Below are positions 11,511 to 21,702 of a stretch of 64,000 nucleotides of DNA, piece after piece (within the stretch, counting starts at the first letter, position 1; each line of letters starts with the position of its first letter). Where the stretch lies: positions 2,648-66,647 of the forward strand of contig CAMZKN010000065.1 of NCBI GenBank assembly GCA_947311315.1, given 5' to 3'. The notes below the pieces were generated by a model. It was not told the origin of the DNA. It saw only the letters and a list, made by a program, of their open reading frames with translations, and searched no databases. Source of the stretch: an uncultured Desulfobulbaceae bacterium (GTDB lineage Bacteria > Desulfobacterota > Desulfobulbia > Desulfobulbales > Desulfocapsaceae). The position numbers and the translations under genes were made by a program.

Positions 11511-11795
11511 ATGACAGTAAAAATAATTATCCAGAGAAAAGTAGAGAGTGAAAATTTTGCAGAACTTGCTCTTTTGCTAAAAAAATTACGTGCACTTACT
11601 CTTGAGCAACCTGGTTATATTTCAGGTGAGACTCTCAACAGGATTGACAGAAAAAACGAATCAATGGTGATTAGTACCTGGCGCTCTGTCGAAGATTGGA
11701 ACACGTGGGTAAATAATCCGAAACGTACCGAAATTCAAAAACAGATTGACACGCTTTTAGGTCAGCAGACGGAATACGCAATGTACAACGTCTGA
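11511..11795 (+). CDS. ABM (antibiotic biosynthesis monooxygenase) domain protein
   Basis: QPGYISGETL, VISTWRSVEDWNTW pattern; GAGGAG RBS. Confidence 0.8.
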   Translation: MTVKIIIQRKVESENFAELALLLKKLRALTLEQPGYISGETLNRIDRKNESMVISTWRSVEDWNTWVNNPKRTEIQKQIDTLLGQQTEYAMYNV

Positions 11796-11865
11796 TCCTG
11801 TTTTCATTGGAGTTATCCGCCTGTTTTACTACAGGCATTACAATTTTAATCAGTGGGTGAGTTTG

Positions 11866-12069
11866 ATGGCAGGTAAAGGGAAGAAAGTTGCAGCTGCGCT
11901 TGCTGCGGTAAGTCTCTATCTGCAGGAAGAAGAGGCAATGGCTCAGGAACAGCAGAACATTCAAGTTAACAAGAGAGTTCCTGAGTTCAGCCAGTGGGGA
12001 CAGAGTGGTCGACAGGATATGATGACCATGCGTAGATTAGTGCAATTGAGAACATTCACACGTTTTTAA
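11866..12069 (+). CDS. Small carboxyltransferase accessory (epsilon-like) subunit
   Basis: VAAALAAVSLYL...SQWGQSGR pattern resembles acyl-CoA carboxylase epsilon subunits. Lies between the carboxyltransferase and the biotin subunit. Confidence 0.55.
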   Translation: MAGKGKKVAAALAAVSLYLQEEEAMAQEQQNIQVNKRVPEFSQWGQSGRQDMMTMRRLVQLRTFTRF

Positions 12070-12123
12070 ACAGATTTTTATATAAATTATAACGGTTACA
12101 GACCAGGCGATAGGAGAAATAGG

Positions 12124-14100
12124 ATGAGTGATCAAGTGAAGATGACCCCATTGGATTATTCCGCAGAGCGGCCGGCGGCAAAGAATCCGGTTAAAATTAT
12201 GGATTTGTCCCTGCGAGATGGACATCAGTCTTTATTTGCGACCAGGGGCCGTACAGAAGATATGATTCCGGTTGCCGAAATGATGGATGAAGTTGGTTTC
12301 TGGGCGATAGAAACCTGGGGTGGTGCAACCTTTGACACCATGCACCGATTTCTCAATGAGGATCCCTGGGAGCGACTGAGAACGTTAAAGCGTTATATTA
12401 AAAAGACACCATTTTCCATGCTTCTTCGAGCGCAAAATCTCGTTGGATACAGGAATTATGCCGATGATCTTGCGTATGCTTTTGTAGAAAGGGCCGCTGA
12501 AAACGGTATGGATGTTTTTAGAACATTTGATGCGTTGAACGATTATAGAAATTTTGAAACTGTAGTCGAGCAGATCAAAAAATGTGGTAAACATTTTCAG
12601 GGCTGTATCTGCTACACTTTAACTGAACCTCGGCTTGGTGGTGAAGTATACAATCTTGAGTACTATACGGATCGTGCAAAATCGCTTGAAGATATGGGTG
12701 CTGATTCTGTATGTATTAAGGATATGGCCGGTCTGCTTGCTCCTTATGATGCGTATCCGCTGATTAAGGCTCTTAAAGAAGTTGTGAAGATACCTATTCA
12801 TCTGCATAGCCACTTTACTTCAGGGATGTCACCGATGACCCATCTTAAGGCTATTGAAGCTGGTGTGGATATTATCGATACATGTATGACACCCTATGCC
12901 TACAGAACATCCCATGCCGCAGTGGAGCCACTTGTAATGGCGCTTCTTGGTACGAATCGTGATACCGGTTTTGATATTAAGAAACTCGCTGCAATTAACG
13001 AGATATTTGAAAAAGAAATTCTACCCAAATATAAGCATCTGCTGGATGATTCAAAAGTTTCAATTATTGATATTAATGTGTTGTTGCATCAGACACCTGG
13101 TGGGATGTTGTCCAATCTTGTTAATCAGTTAAGAGAGATGGATGCCCTTGATAAAATTGACGAAGTATATAAGGAGCTGCCGAAAGTTCGTAAAGATCTT
13201 GGACAGATTCCGCTGGTAACACCGACAAGTCAGATCGTAGGTGTGCAGACTGTTAACAACGTGTTGCATGATACTCCGGATGAGCGATATAAAATGATCA
13301 CCGGGCAGGTAAAAGATCTCTGTTATGGTTTGTATGGTAAAACCGCAGTACCTATTGATGCGGAACTGCAGAAAAAAGCTCTAAAGGGCTATCCAAGGGG
13401 CGAAGAACCTATAACCTGTAAGCCTGCAGATGTACTCGAACCCGAGTTGGAAAAGGCCAAGGCAGAGATTGGAGATCTTGCTGTAGATCTCGACGATCTT
13501 ATCCTGTATGCTCAATTTCCCGTTACAGGCAAAAAATTTCTGGAATGGAAATATGGCAAATCCGAGCCACCTGAAAGTGTTAAGGCTATAACACTTGATG
13601 ATGTAAAGAAAAAAGATGAGATCCTTAAAAAGGCCAAAGAAGGAAAACTTATTGAAGCAAAAGGTGACGAACCTGCAAAATCAGGTAATGTCAGGACCTT
13701 TAATGTTTTTGTAGACAATGAATATTACAACGTTGAAGTTGATCCTACCGGAGATGCTCCCGTATTGTCTGTTGCGCCACCTGCAGCTGCGGTTGTATCG
13801 TCGGCACCAGCTGCTACAGTTCCTGCTAGCGCTGCACCTGCAGCACAAACAGCAGCCCCCTCTGAACCTTCTTCTGCTCCAGTAGATGGAACCGTATTGC
13901 TCGCTCCCATGCCTGGAATGATAATTAAATATGAAAGAGCTGAAGGTGATCAGGTAAAATCCGGTGATACTATTGTTGTCCTCGAGGCAATGAAGATGGA
14001 AAATTCTCTTACTGCTCCCTGTGATGGCACAGTGCAGGGTATTAAATTTGCTAGTGGAGACACAGTGTCCAAAGGTGCAGTGCTGTGTATAATCAGCTAA
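12124..14100 (+). CDS. Pyruvate carboxyltransferase (5S/OadA-like) fused to a C-terminal biotin carrier
   Basis: DLSLRDGHQSLFATR, ETWGGATFD, IKDMAG, HLHSH, PLVTPTSQIVG; Ala/Pro linker; LEAMKME biotinylation motif. Confidence 0.93.
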   Translation: MSDQVKMTPLDYSAERPAAKNPVKIMDLSLRDGHQSLFATRGRTEDMIPVAEMMDEVGFWAIETWGGATFDTMHRFLNEDPWERLRTLKRYIKKTPFSMLLRAQNLVGYRNYADDLAYAFVERAAENGMDVFRTFDALNDYRNFETVVEQIKKCGKHFQGCICYTLTEPRLGGEVYNLEYYTDRAKSLEDMGADSVCIKDMAGLLAPYDAYPLIKALKEVVKIPIHLHSHFTSGMSPMTHLKAIEAGVDIIDTCMTPYAYRTSHAAVEPLVMALLGTNRDTGFDIKKLAAINEIFEKEILPKYKHLLDDSKVSIIDINVLLHQTPGGMLSNLVNQLREMDALDKIDEVYKELPKVRKDLGQIPLVTPTSQIVGVQTVNNVLHDTPDERYKMITGQVKDLCYGLYGKTAVPIDAELQKKALKGYPRGEEPITCKPADVLEPELEKAKAEIGDLAVDLDDLILYAQFPVTGKKFLEWKYGKSEPPESVKAITLDDVKKKDEILKKAKEGKLIEAKGDEPAKSGNVRTFNVFVDNEYYNVEVDPTGDAPVLSVAPPAAAVVSSAPAATVPASAAPAAQTAAPSEPSSAPVDGTVLLAPMPGMIIKYERAEGDQVKSGDTIVVLEAMKMENSLTAPCDGTVQGIKFASGDTVSKGAVLCIIS

Positions 14101-14252
14101 GGATATAATATCTGCTTTCTCATCAGACCGAGTGTGAAATGGTACTTTTCCCTCCCTGTACCTTTCATGCTCTGTCTGTTTCTTCTGATAACTTCCTCTG
14201 TGTCTGTAGGTTTTCGTACGATAGAAATGGTCTTGAGTATCGGAGATGATTT

Positions 14253-14762
14253 ATGATTCTTAAAGAGCTTAATGGATGTACTCCCCAATATGGCGAAGAT
14301 TGTTTTTTTGCCGAGAATGCTGTGCTTGTCGGTGATGTGGAAATGGGGAATGAGTGTTCCATCTGGTATAACGCTGTTCTTCGTGGTGACGTGCACTATA
14401 TACGTATGGGTGACAGGGTGAATATTCAGGATGGTGCTGTTGTTCACTGTACATACAAGAAATATCCGGTGAATATTGGCAACAATGTTTCGGTTGGGCA
14501 TAATGCAATAGTACATGGATGTACTATTCATGATAATGTACTCATTGGAATGGGTGCGATCGTGATGGACGATTGTGTGGTGGAGAGTAATACGATTATT
14601 GCTGCTGGTGCTGTAGTAACCCAGGGGAAAAGAGTAGAATCGGGGACGATTTATGCTGGTGTTCCTGCGAAAAAAGTTAAAGATATCAGTACTGAGCTTA
14701 TCTCTGGTGAAATCGAAAGAATTGCGCAGAACTACGTTAAGTATGCAGGTTGGTACAAATAA
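14253..14762 (+). CDS. Gamma-class carbonic anhydrase family (hexapeptide repeat) protein
   Basis: WYNAVLRGD, NIQDGAVVH, VGHNAIVHGCTI. Confidence 0.92.
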   Translation: MILKELNGCTPQYGEDCFFAENAVLVGDVEMGNECSIWYNAVLRGDVHYIRMGDRVNIQDGAVVHCTYKKYPVNIGNNVSVGHNAIVHGCTIHDNVLIGMGAIVMDDCVVESNTIIAAGAVVTQGKRVESGTIYAGVPAKKVKDISTELISGEIERIAQNYVKYAGWYK

Positions 14763-14771
14763 AACGATGTG

Positions 14772-15767
14772 TTAATCTGTAGTACTGCCTATTGTCGGAA
14801 GGAATCTAAGCAGCATATCAGCTGCCGCAGTCGGGGATGTGTTTTTTGATTCTACATCCTTTTGTAGTTCGTTGAGTGCTTTTTTAACATCTGGAGTATT
14901 GTAAAACCACTGACGCAGACCATCGTCCAGTAGAAAAGACATCCAGTCAAGTGCCTGTGTTTTCCTTTTGCTTGCCATTTCGCCACAGTCCGTCAATTTT
15001 GTTCTGTGTTCTTTTATAGTTTCCCAGATTTTGTCTATACCGTTTCCGTTGATGGAGCTGCATGTGAGGACAGGTGGTGTCCAGTTTGGACTGTTGGGCA
15101 TAAGCATATGCAGTGCAGTTTCATACTCTCTTTGAGCAATTTCAGCGCGAGTCACATTGTCTCCATCGGCCTTGTTGATGACGATGGCATCGGCAACTTC
15201 TAAAACACCCTTTTTAATACCCTGCAACTCATCTCCGGCACCGGCTATCATAAGCACCAGAAAAAAATCGACCATGGAAGAAACTGTGGTTTCCGATTGG
15301 CCTACGCCAACGGTCTCAATAATGGCCACATCATAGCCAGCTGCTTCACAAACGAGCATCGTTTCTCTTGTTTTACGGCCAACACCGCCAAGAGTACCAC
15401 TTGATGGCGATGGACGAATAAAGGCTTTAGGGTTAACTGCAAGTTTTTCCATGCGTGTTTTGTCGCCAAGAATTGAGCCGCCACTTCTACTGCTGCTGGG
15501 GTCAATCGCCAGCACGGCAACCTTGTGACCAATTTCTGTCAACATGGTGCCAAAGGTTTCGATATAGGTGCTTTTTCCTGCACCGGGAACACCGGTAATG
15601 CCAATACGAATACCTTTTCCAGTGTGTGGCAGCAGCTGGTTGACTATGATCCTTGCACGTTCCTGGTGGGCGGGGAGGGTGCTCTCGATAAGCGTTATTG
15701 TCCTGGCGAGAGCGAGTCGATCATGGCTGAGGATGCCTTCTACGTATTCTTCTGGGCTTTTTAGCAT
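14772..15767 (-). CDS. meaB: Methylmalonyl-CoA mutase-associated GTPase
   Basis: LARTITLIES, GITGVPGAGKST, DPSSSRSGGSILGDKTRM, ETVGVGQSE, GDELQGIKKG. Confidence 0.97.
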   Translation of the reverse strand: MLKSPEEYVEGILSHDRLALARTITLIESTLPAHQERARIIVNQLLPHTGKGIRIGITGVPGAGKSTYIETFGTMLTEIGHKVAVLAIDPSSSRSGGSILGDKTRMEKLAVNPKAFIRPSPSSGTLGGVGRKTRETMLVCEAAGYDVAIIETVGVGQSETTVSSMVDFFLVLMIAGAGDELQGIKKGVLEVADAIVINKADGDNVTRAEIAQREYETALHMLMPNSPNWTPPVLTCSSINGNGIDKIWETIKEHRTKLTDCGEMASKRKTQALDWMSFLLDDGLRQWFYNTPDVKKALNELQKDVESKNTSPTAAADMLLRFLPTIGSTTD

Positions 15768-15936
15768 GGCTGGGAATTTTTGATGAATTATGTACGTATA
15801 ACACTATGAATGTAACAGTTTAGCAGTGCCTTGCATGTTCACGATTGGTCCAATTAGCAGATAAGCGACAGACTTCGATACATTTGTATGCTGATTGGAC
15901 TAATCGTGGGCAGGTGAGGTGCTGATGAATTGTTAT

Positions 15937-15991
15937 AAAAAACGCAACAGATCCAGTTGCAAAGCGAGGGAGAACAACCGGATCCGTTGCG
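15937..15991 (-). terminator. Intrinsic terminator after the mutase gene
   Basis: 17-bp stem (15943-15959 / 15975-15991). The two mismatches are G.U on the minus-strand RNA, and a U6 tract follows. Confidence 0.7.
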
Positions 15992-16006
15992 GTACTACAG
16001 GAGACG

Positions 16007-18151
16007 CTATCCCAGATACTTCTCTTCCAGGAGAGTAAGTGTTTTTCCGGCGGATTCCGGAATAGGTGTTCCGGGTCCAAAAACTGCCTTAACGCCGCTG
16101 TCAAAAAGGAAGTCATAGTCACCTGGTGGAATGACTCCTCCGGCTACAACGAGAATTTCCTCCCCGCCTGCTTTTTTAAGTTCTTCAATCAGTGCCGGGA
16201 TAAGTGATTTGTGCCCGGCTGCAAGACTTGAAGCGCCAACAACATGGACATCATTCTCAATGGCCATTTTTGCGGCTTCCTCCGGAGTTTGGAACATCGG
16301 ACTGATATCAACATCAAATCCAAGATCAGCATAAGCGCTGGCAACAATTTTAAAGCCACGGTCGTGACCATCCTGCCCCATCTTCGTGACGAGCAGGCGT
16401 GGGCGTCTACCCTGTTTTTCAAGAAAAGTTGTAGTTCTCTTTTTAATTTCATCAATGGCACCACTGTCTCCTTTATATTCAGAAGAGTAGGCACCTGAAA
16501 TGCAGCGGGTAGTCGCAACAAAACGACCAAAGACACTTTCCATGGCATCGGATATCTCACCCACGGTAGCTCTTGCTCGAACTGCAGGAAGGGCTGCTTC
16601 AAGGAGGTTGCCGTCGTTTTGTGCAGCAGCTGTAAGGTCAGCAAGTGCTTTCTCAACAGCTGTCTGGTCGCGAGTGGCTTTGATTTCTTTTAATCTGGCC
16701 ACTTGCTCATCCCGAACAGTGCCAGGAACTTCACGTACATCAAAATCAATTTTTTCATCTTCAAGCTTGTATTTATTCACTCCAACTATGACGTCAAGGC
16801 CCTGATCAATAAGAGCCTGTTTTCTTGCAGCGGATTCTTCGATACGCATTTTGGGCATACCGGTTTCAATAGCCTTTGCCATGCCGCCCAGTTCTTCGAT
16901 TTCGTCTATAATTTTCTGTGCTTCACTGATTATGCTGTCGGTGAGAGATTCAACGTAGTAGGATCCTCCCAACGGGTCTATGACATGACAAATTTGCGAT
17001 TCTTCCTGAACGATAATTTGCGTGTTTCTTGCAATTCGGGCAGAAAAATCAGTTGGTAGTCCAATAGCTTCGTCAAAGGAGTTGGTGTGCAGAGACTGGG
17101 TGCCACCAAGAACTGCGGTCATTGCCTCCATCGTTGTACGGATCACATTGTTGTATGGATCCTGTTCGGTGAGGCTCCAGCCGGAAGTTTGGCAATGGGT
17201 TCGCAACATCGATGATTTCGGGTTTTTGGGATTAAACTGACTCATCAGGCGGTACCAGAGGAATCGTGCAGCCCGAAGCATGGAGATATCCATGAAAAAA
17301 TTCATGCCAATGCCAAAAAAGAAAGAAAGTCTCGGTGCAAATGTATCGATATCCATGCCACTCTTTAGGGCAGCTTTGACGTATTCAACACCGTCGGCCA
17401 GGGTAAATGCCGTTTGCAGAACGCTGTTTGCCCCCGCCTCCATCATGTGATACCCACTGATACTGATGGTGTTGTATTTGGGCATGGTGGTGGAGCAGAA
17501 TTCCATGATGTCTGAGATAATCCGCATGGATGGACCTGGTGGATAGATGTAGGTGTTTCGTGTGAGGTATTCTTTGAGGATGTCGTTCTGGATTGTTCCT
17601 GAAAGTTGATCGTGGCTGACACCCTGTTCTTCTGCGGCAACAATATATCCGGCGAGGATCGGAATAACCGCACCGTTCATGGTCATTGAGACAGACATCT
17701 TGTCAAGGGGAATACCGTCGAACAATATTTTCATGTCTTCCACGGAATCGATAGCAACGCCAGCTTTGCCAATATCGCCCGCGACTCTAGGGTGATCTGA
17801 ATCGTATCCGCGATGTGTTGCCAGGTCAAAAGCTACAGAAAGGCCTTTTTGGCCTGCCGCAAGAGCCTTGTGGTAAAAGGCGTTTGATTCCTTGGCGGTG
17901 GAGAATCCCGCATATTGTCTGATAGTCCACGGCCGACCTGCATACATTGTAGCCATGGGGCCACGCACGTAGGGAGCCATTCCCGGTAGCGTGTTTGCTG
18001 ATTCCATGCCCTCAAGATCTTCAGCAGTATACAAAGGTTTAACGTTTATACCTTCCGGGGTCATCCAGTCGAGTTTATCGACGGCTTTACCCTTCATTTG
18101 CTTGGAGGCGAGTTCCGCCCATTTTTGATATTCAGGATGTTTTGACATCAT
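16007..18151 (-). CDS. scpA: Methylmalonyl-CoA mutase (B12-dependent, full-length catalytic subunit)
   Basis: [49 protein letters not shown]12-binding motif; 714 aa. Confidence 0.98.
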   Translation of the reverse strand: MMSKHPEYQKWAELASKQMKGKAVDKLDWMTPEGINVKPLYTAEDLEGMESANTLPGMAPYVRGPMATMYAGRPWTIRQYAGFSTAKESNAFYHKALAAGQKGLSVAFDLATHRGYDSDHPRVAGDIGKAGVAIDSVEDMKILFDGIPLDKMSVSMTMNGAVIPILAGYIVAAEEQGVSHDQLSGTIQNDILKEYLTRNTYIYPPGPSMRIISDIMEFCSTTMPKYNTISISGYHMMEAGANSVLQTAFTLADGVEYVKAALKSGMDIDTFAPRLSFFFGIGMNFFMDISMLRAARFLWYRLMSQFNPKNPKSSMLRTHCQTSGWSLTEQDPYNNVIRTTMEAMTAVLGGTQSLHTNSFDEAIGLPTDFSARIARNTQIIVQEESQICHVIDPLGGSYYVESLTDSIISEAQKIIDEIEELGGMAKAIETGMPKMRIEESAARKQALIDQGLDVIVGVNKYKLEDEKIDFDVREVPGTVRDEQVARLKEIKATRDQTAVEKALADLTAAAQNDGNLLEAALPAVRARATVGEISDAMESVFGRFVATTRCISGAYSSEYKGDSGAIDEIKKRTTTFLEKQGRRPRLLVTKMGQDGHDRGFKIVASAYADLGFDVDISPMFQTPEEAAKMAIENDVHVVGASSLAAGHKSLIPALIEELKKAGGEEILVVAGGVIPPGDYDFLFDSGVKAVFGPGTPIPESAGKTLTLLEEKYLG

Positions 18152-18227
18152 CTACTCCTCGGTTGCAGAGAACAAAAAAAATAAAAAACATCACATCATC
18201 CCCTGGCAGGGGGAAATGGTGGTAATG

Positions 18228-18632
18228 TTATGAACGTTCACAAAGTTCTACGAGAACTCCGCCTGTAGCTTTCGGGTGCAAAAAGGCAATTTTAGCACCA
18301 CCCGCACCGATTCTGGGTTTCTGGTCGATAAGTTGAATGCCTTTTTCTTTCAGTTCCTCAAGTGCGGCTTCTATATCGGCGACACGAAAGGCAACATGCT
18401 GAAAACCTGTGCCTTTTTTATCAATAAACTTTGCAACAGGGCCGTCAGGAGAAGTTGATTCCAGCAACTCTACTTCGCTCTCTCCAACTGGGAAAAATGC
18501 TGTTGTAACTTTTTGTGCTTCCACTGTTTCTGACCCTTCGAACTGTAGCCCAAGAACTTCTGTCCAGAAATTTTTGCCATCTTCTATATTGTTCACGGCA
18601 ATGCCCAAATGATCAATCTTCAGTATTTCCAT
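18228..18632 (-). CDS. mce: Methylmalonyl-CoA epimerase
   Basis: IDHLGIAV, EVELLE, GFQHVAFRV, AFLHPKATGGVLVELCE. Start at ATG 18632 after GGAGG. Confidence 0.96.
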   Translation of the reverse strand: MEILKIDHLGIAVNNIEDGKNFWTEVLGLQFEGSETVEAQKVTTAFFPVGESEVELLESTSPDGPVAKFIDKKGTGFQHVAFRVADIEAALEELKEKGIQLIDQKPRIGAGGAKIAFLHPKATGGVLVELCERS

Positions 18633-18685
18633 ATCATCCTCCAAAATCTTAATCAGAATTTTACCAAATTCGGTATGTTTATGGT

Positions 18686-19318
18686 TTATGTTTCACGGTT
18701 ATTGGAATCAGTACGAGAGTTTTGTGTTGAATTTTCAGGGTTGGCCATACCCTGCCATACCATTTCAAACATGATGTTGGCCTGTTCGGACAGACTTTCC
18801 TGTTTGCCGCGAAGTATCCACATAAAAAAGCTCCGCTGGACAAATCCCATCAGGAAGTCGAGAAGAACAGCTGCTCGGACGTGTGGATTAAAAACTCCTT
18901 CTTTTTGCCCCTGCCTCAGAACATCAATCATGAGAGACATCATTCGAGGCTGGGCAAATGTTTCATCAACCATCCAGGTTTTCATGGGAAGTGTCATGAA
19001 GACAATTCTGCCTAATCCTTCGTGTTTCTCGTAGTAATCGAGTTGTAGCCAGAAAACTTTTCGGAGTTTTTCTTTCAGATTCTCAATGCCCTGGAGGTGA
19101 TCGATAATGCGATCAGTAAGTTTTCCCATCCAGATGTCAACAAAAGCGAAAACCAGACGTTCTTTGCTGCCGTAATGTTTGTAAATAGTGGTAAAACTAA
19201 CTCCGGCTTTGTTGGCAATTTCCCGAATGGAAGCTTTGTGAAAATCTGAATGTGAAAAGACTTCGAGAACAGCTCGTTCAAGTCTTTGATGGATATCTTC
19301 GTTTAGGTCATCTAACAT
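18686..19318 (-). CDS. TetR/AcrR family regulator (paralog 1)
   Basis: FHKASIREIANKAGVSFTTIYKHYGSKERL HTH; closely similar to 23333-23941. Confidence 0.93.
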   Translation of the reverse strand: MLDDLNEDIHQRLERAVLEVFSHSDFHKASIREIANKAGVSFTTIYKHYGSKERLVFAFVDIWMGKLTDRIIDHLQGIENLKEKLRKVFWLQLDYYEKHEGLGRIVFMTLPMKTWMVDETFAQPRMMSLMIDVLRQGQKEGVFNPHVRAAVLLDFLMGFVQRSFFMWILRGKQESLSEQANIMFEMVWQGMANPENSTQNSRTDSNNRET

Positions 19319-19324
19319 TGTTAC
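19312..19324. promoter_or_regulatory. Candidate TetR operator overlapping the TetR-1 start codon
   Basis: CTAACATTGTTAC (reverse complement GTAACAATGTTAG). Confidence 0.6.
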
Positions 19325-19503
19325 TGTTGTATGTTCTCTGTGGATAATTAAAGAATTGTAGAAAAGTTATGTCGTTGAAAAAACGATATTATTAAGTTTG
19401 CAATTCGTGTAAGTGTATACTTGTTATTGGCGCGATTGTGTTTGTAACTAACTGAAAAGTAATGTTAAAAATAAAAAGCAAGCCAATAAATAATAGTTAT
19501 TGG

Positions 19504-19516
19504 ATAACATCGTTAC
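19504..19516. promoter_or_regulatory. Candidate TetR operator upstream of TetR-1/mce/mutase
   Basis: ATAACATCGTTAC (reverse complement GTAACGATGTTAT); 12 of 13 nt identical to the site at 5309. Confidence 0.65.
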
Positions 19517-19680
19517 GCATATGTTGTAATGCATTGCGTATTTCTTTTCAAGTAAAAAGCGGTTTCTGCATGTTTTATGGAGTATTTAACTGGCGAAAAG
19601 AACATTGTCTGGAAAATGCAGGTGAGGGTTGGAAGAGCAGTAAACAATGATTCATTTGGGCTCTTCCAACCTTCTGGATA

Positions 19681-20844
19681 TTATTTTCCGAAAAGAGACA
19701 AGAGTACGCCCGCTGAAACAGCAGAGCCTATAACGCCTGCAACGTTGGGGCCCATGGCATGCATAAGCAGAAAGTTTGATGGATCTTCTTTCTGTCCAAC
19801 CACCTGGGAGACTCTTGCCGCCATGGGGACTGCCGAAACTCCAGCCGAACCAATAAGCGGATTGATGTTGAGATTGAGAAATTTATTCATCACTTTTGCC
19901 AGGAGAACACCGGAAGCGGTGCCTATGGCAAAAGCTGTTACCCCAAGAGTTAGAATCGCAAGTGTTTCAACGCGTAAAAATTGTTCTGCTGTAGCCGTTG
20001 CGCCAACTGTAACACCAAGAAAAATGGTGATAATGTTGATAAGGGTATTTTTGGCTGTATCTTCGAGTCGTGCGACAACGCCACATTCCCTGAAGAGATT
20101 GCCTAGCATTAACATACCAATAAGTGTCGCAGCTGGTGGTACCATAAGTGAAACAATAATTGTTACAATTATGGGGAAGATGATTTTTTCACGTTTACTG
20201 ACATCTCTGAGCTGGGTCATTTTAATGGTCCGCTCGCTTTTTGTTGTCAATAATCGCATGATAGGCGGTTGTATGATTGGTACCAAAGCCATATAGGAAT
20301 AGGCGGCAATGGCTATGGGGCCGAGGAGGTGGGGTGCAAGTTTTGAAGAAAGAAAAATTGCAGTTGGACCGTCTGCGCCGCCTATTATTCCTATTGACGC
20401 GGCTTCTTGGGCAGTGAACAGTCCGGATGCGATTGCACCGATAAAGGTGATAAATATACCAAATTGAGCAGCAGCTCCGAGTAAAAGTGATTTTGGATTT
20501 GCGATTAGCGGGCCAAAATCAGTCATTGCACCAACACCCATGAAAATCAGTGGAGGAAAGATACCCAGATGGTCACCCTGAAAGAGATAATACAACAGGC
20601 CGCCGGGTTCGATTGTGTGGATTACGTTGCCTGTGATTTTCATCACCGGTTCTGTCATGAGCCCTGCATAAGGGAGGTTGGTCAGTAGGACGCCAAATGC
20701 TATGGGAACAAGAAGTAAGGGCTCGAATTTCTTAACAATGGCCAGGTACAGCAAAAGGAAAGAAACGCAGAGCATTAGAACCGCTCCTGTAGTTAAGCCA
20801 TAAAAACCTGTGGATCTGAAGAAGTCGAGAAGAGCTTCCAGCAT
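19681..20844 (-). CDS. mmdB: Na+-translocating decarboxylase beta subunit (MmdB/OadB)
   Basis: [63 protein letters not shown]. Confidence 0.96.
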   Translation of the reverse strand: MLEALLDFFRSTGFYGLTTGAVLMLCVSFLLLYLAIVKKFEPLLLVPIAFGVLLTNLPYAGLMTEPVMKITGNVIHTIEPGGLLYYLFQGDHLGIFPPLIFMGVGAMTDFGPLIANPKSLLLGAAAQFGIFITFIGAIASGLFTAQEAASIGIIGGADGPTAIFLSSKLAPHLLGPIAIAAYSYMALVPIIQPPIMRLLTTKSERTIKMTQLRDVSKREKIIFPIIVTIIVSLMVPPAATLIGMLMLGNLFRECGVVARLEDTAKNTLINIITIFLGVTVGATATAEQFLRVETLAILTLGVTAFAIGTASGVLLAKVMNKFLNLNINPLIGSAGVSAVPMAARVSQVVGQKEDPSNFLLMHAMGPNVAGVIGSAVSAGVLLSLFGK

Positions 20845-20859
20845 GGTAAGTGTCTCCTT

Positions 20860-21258
20860 TTAAGATGACAGCACGATGAGGGTATCACCTGCGTTAACGG
20901 ATGCGTCTTTGGTGACGTTGATTTCCTTGACAGTGCCGTCAGTTGTGGCCATGATTTCATTTTCCATTTTCATAGCCTCCAGCACAAGGAGAGGTTGCCC
21001 TTTGGTTACTTTGTCACCAACACTTACCATTATATTGAGCACAGTACCGGGGATGGGAGCAACGAGTGCGCCACCGGTCGGGGCTGAATCAGCTGCAGCT
21101 TGAGGCTGCGTTGCTTTGGGGGTGGCTGGTTTAGGTGCTGCTGGTTTTGGAGCGGGGGTAGCGGTATTCTGGACAGGGGCGGGGCTGTGTCCCTCTGTCA
21201 ATTCTTCAATTTCAACTGTGTATTCACTGCCGTTGACGATAACTCTGAACTTTTTCAT
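20860..21258 (-). CDS. mmdC: Biotin carboxyl carrier (gamma) subunit
   Basis: MKKFRVIVNGSEYTVEIEE, Ala/Pro linker, LEAMKMENEI. Confidence 0.92.
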   Translation of the reverse strand: MKKFRVIVNGSEYTVEIEELTEGHSPAPVQNTATPAPKPAAPKPATPKATQPQAAADSAPTGGALVAPIPGTVLNIMVSVGDKVTKGQPLLVLEAMKMENEIMATTDGTVKEINVTKDASVNAGDTLIVLSS

Positions 21259-21276
21259 ATCTTTCCTCTGTCGTAA

Positions 21277-21687
21277 TTATAATCTGTTGTTCATCAGGTC
21301 GGTGATACCTGCCTGACTCCATACCGAAGTCGAAGGTTTGCTCTTCTTGATGTTTCTGATGACAATATTGTCCACGGATGTTGCCATCTTCATGGCAATA
21401 ACACTACTCATTACTGCTATTAGCTCTTTGTCGTCCTCGATGTTCTCTGGCCTGGCCTCAGGTTCTGTTTTCTCTGGAATGCTTGATGCAATTTCTGCTT
21501 TGTTTGCAGGTCTATTGAGAAGTTTATCCATCCATGAAATAACAAACTGCAAAACGATGAGGGCTGAAAAGGTGATTCCCATTCCGAGGCAAACGGTGAC
21601 AAGCCCTGCCATCATTTTGTCTGACATAGAGAGAGACTGAATGATTTCCGGGTCACTAAATTTGGTCAGGAGTTCACTGATAGTCAT
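21277..21687 (-). CDS. mmdD: OadG/MmdD family membrane-anchor (delta) subunit
   Basis: One TM segment LGMGITFSALIVL, IAVMSSVIA, C-terminal SVWSQAG. Confidence 0.85.
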   Translation of the reverse strand: MTISELLTKFSDPEIIQSLSMSDKMMAGLVTVCLGMGITFSALIVLQFVISWMDKLLNRPANKAEIASSIPEKTEPEARPENIEDDKELIAVMSSVIAMKMATSVDNIVIRNIKKSKPSTSVWSQAGITDLMNNRL

Positions 21688-21702
21688 GTTGTCTCCATGG
21701 TG

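Noticed and set aside
18152-19680. Cobalamin riboswitch upstream of the mutase/epimerase
   Set aside because: No B12-box or conserved riboswitch core recognised by eye; a Rfam scan would be needed to exclude a divergent one.
19577-20296. 239-aa plus-strand ORF overlapping mmdB
   Set aside because: Antisense shadow of a strongly supported gene; no recognisable motif. The same applies to the many other short overlapping ORFs in the track.
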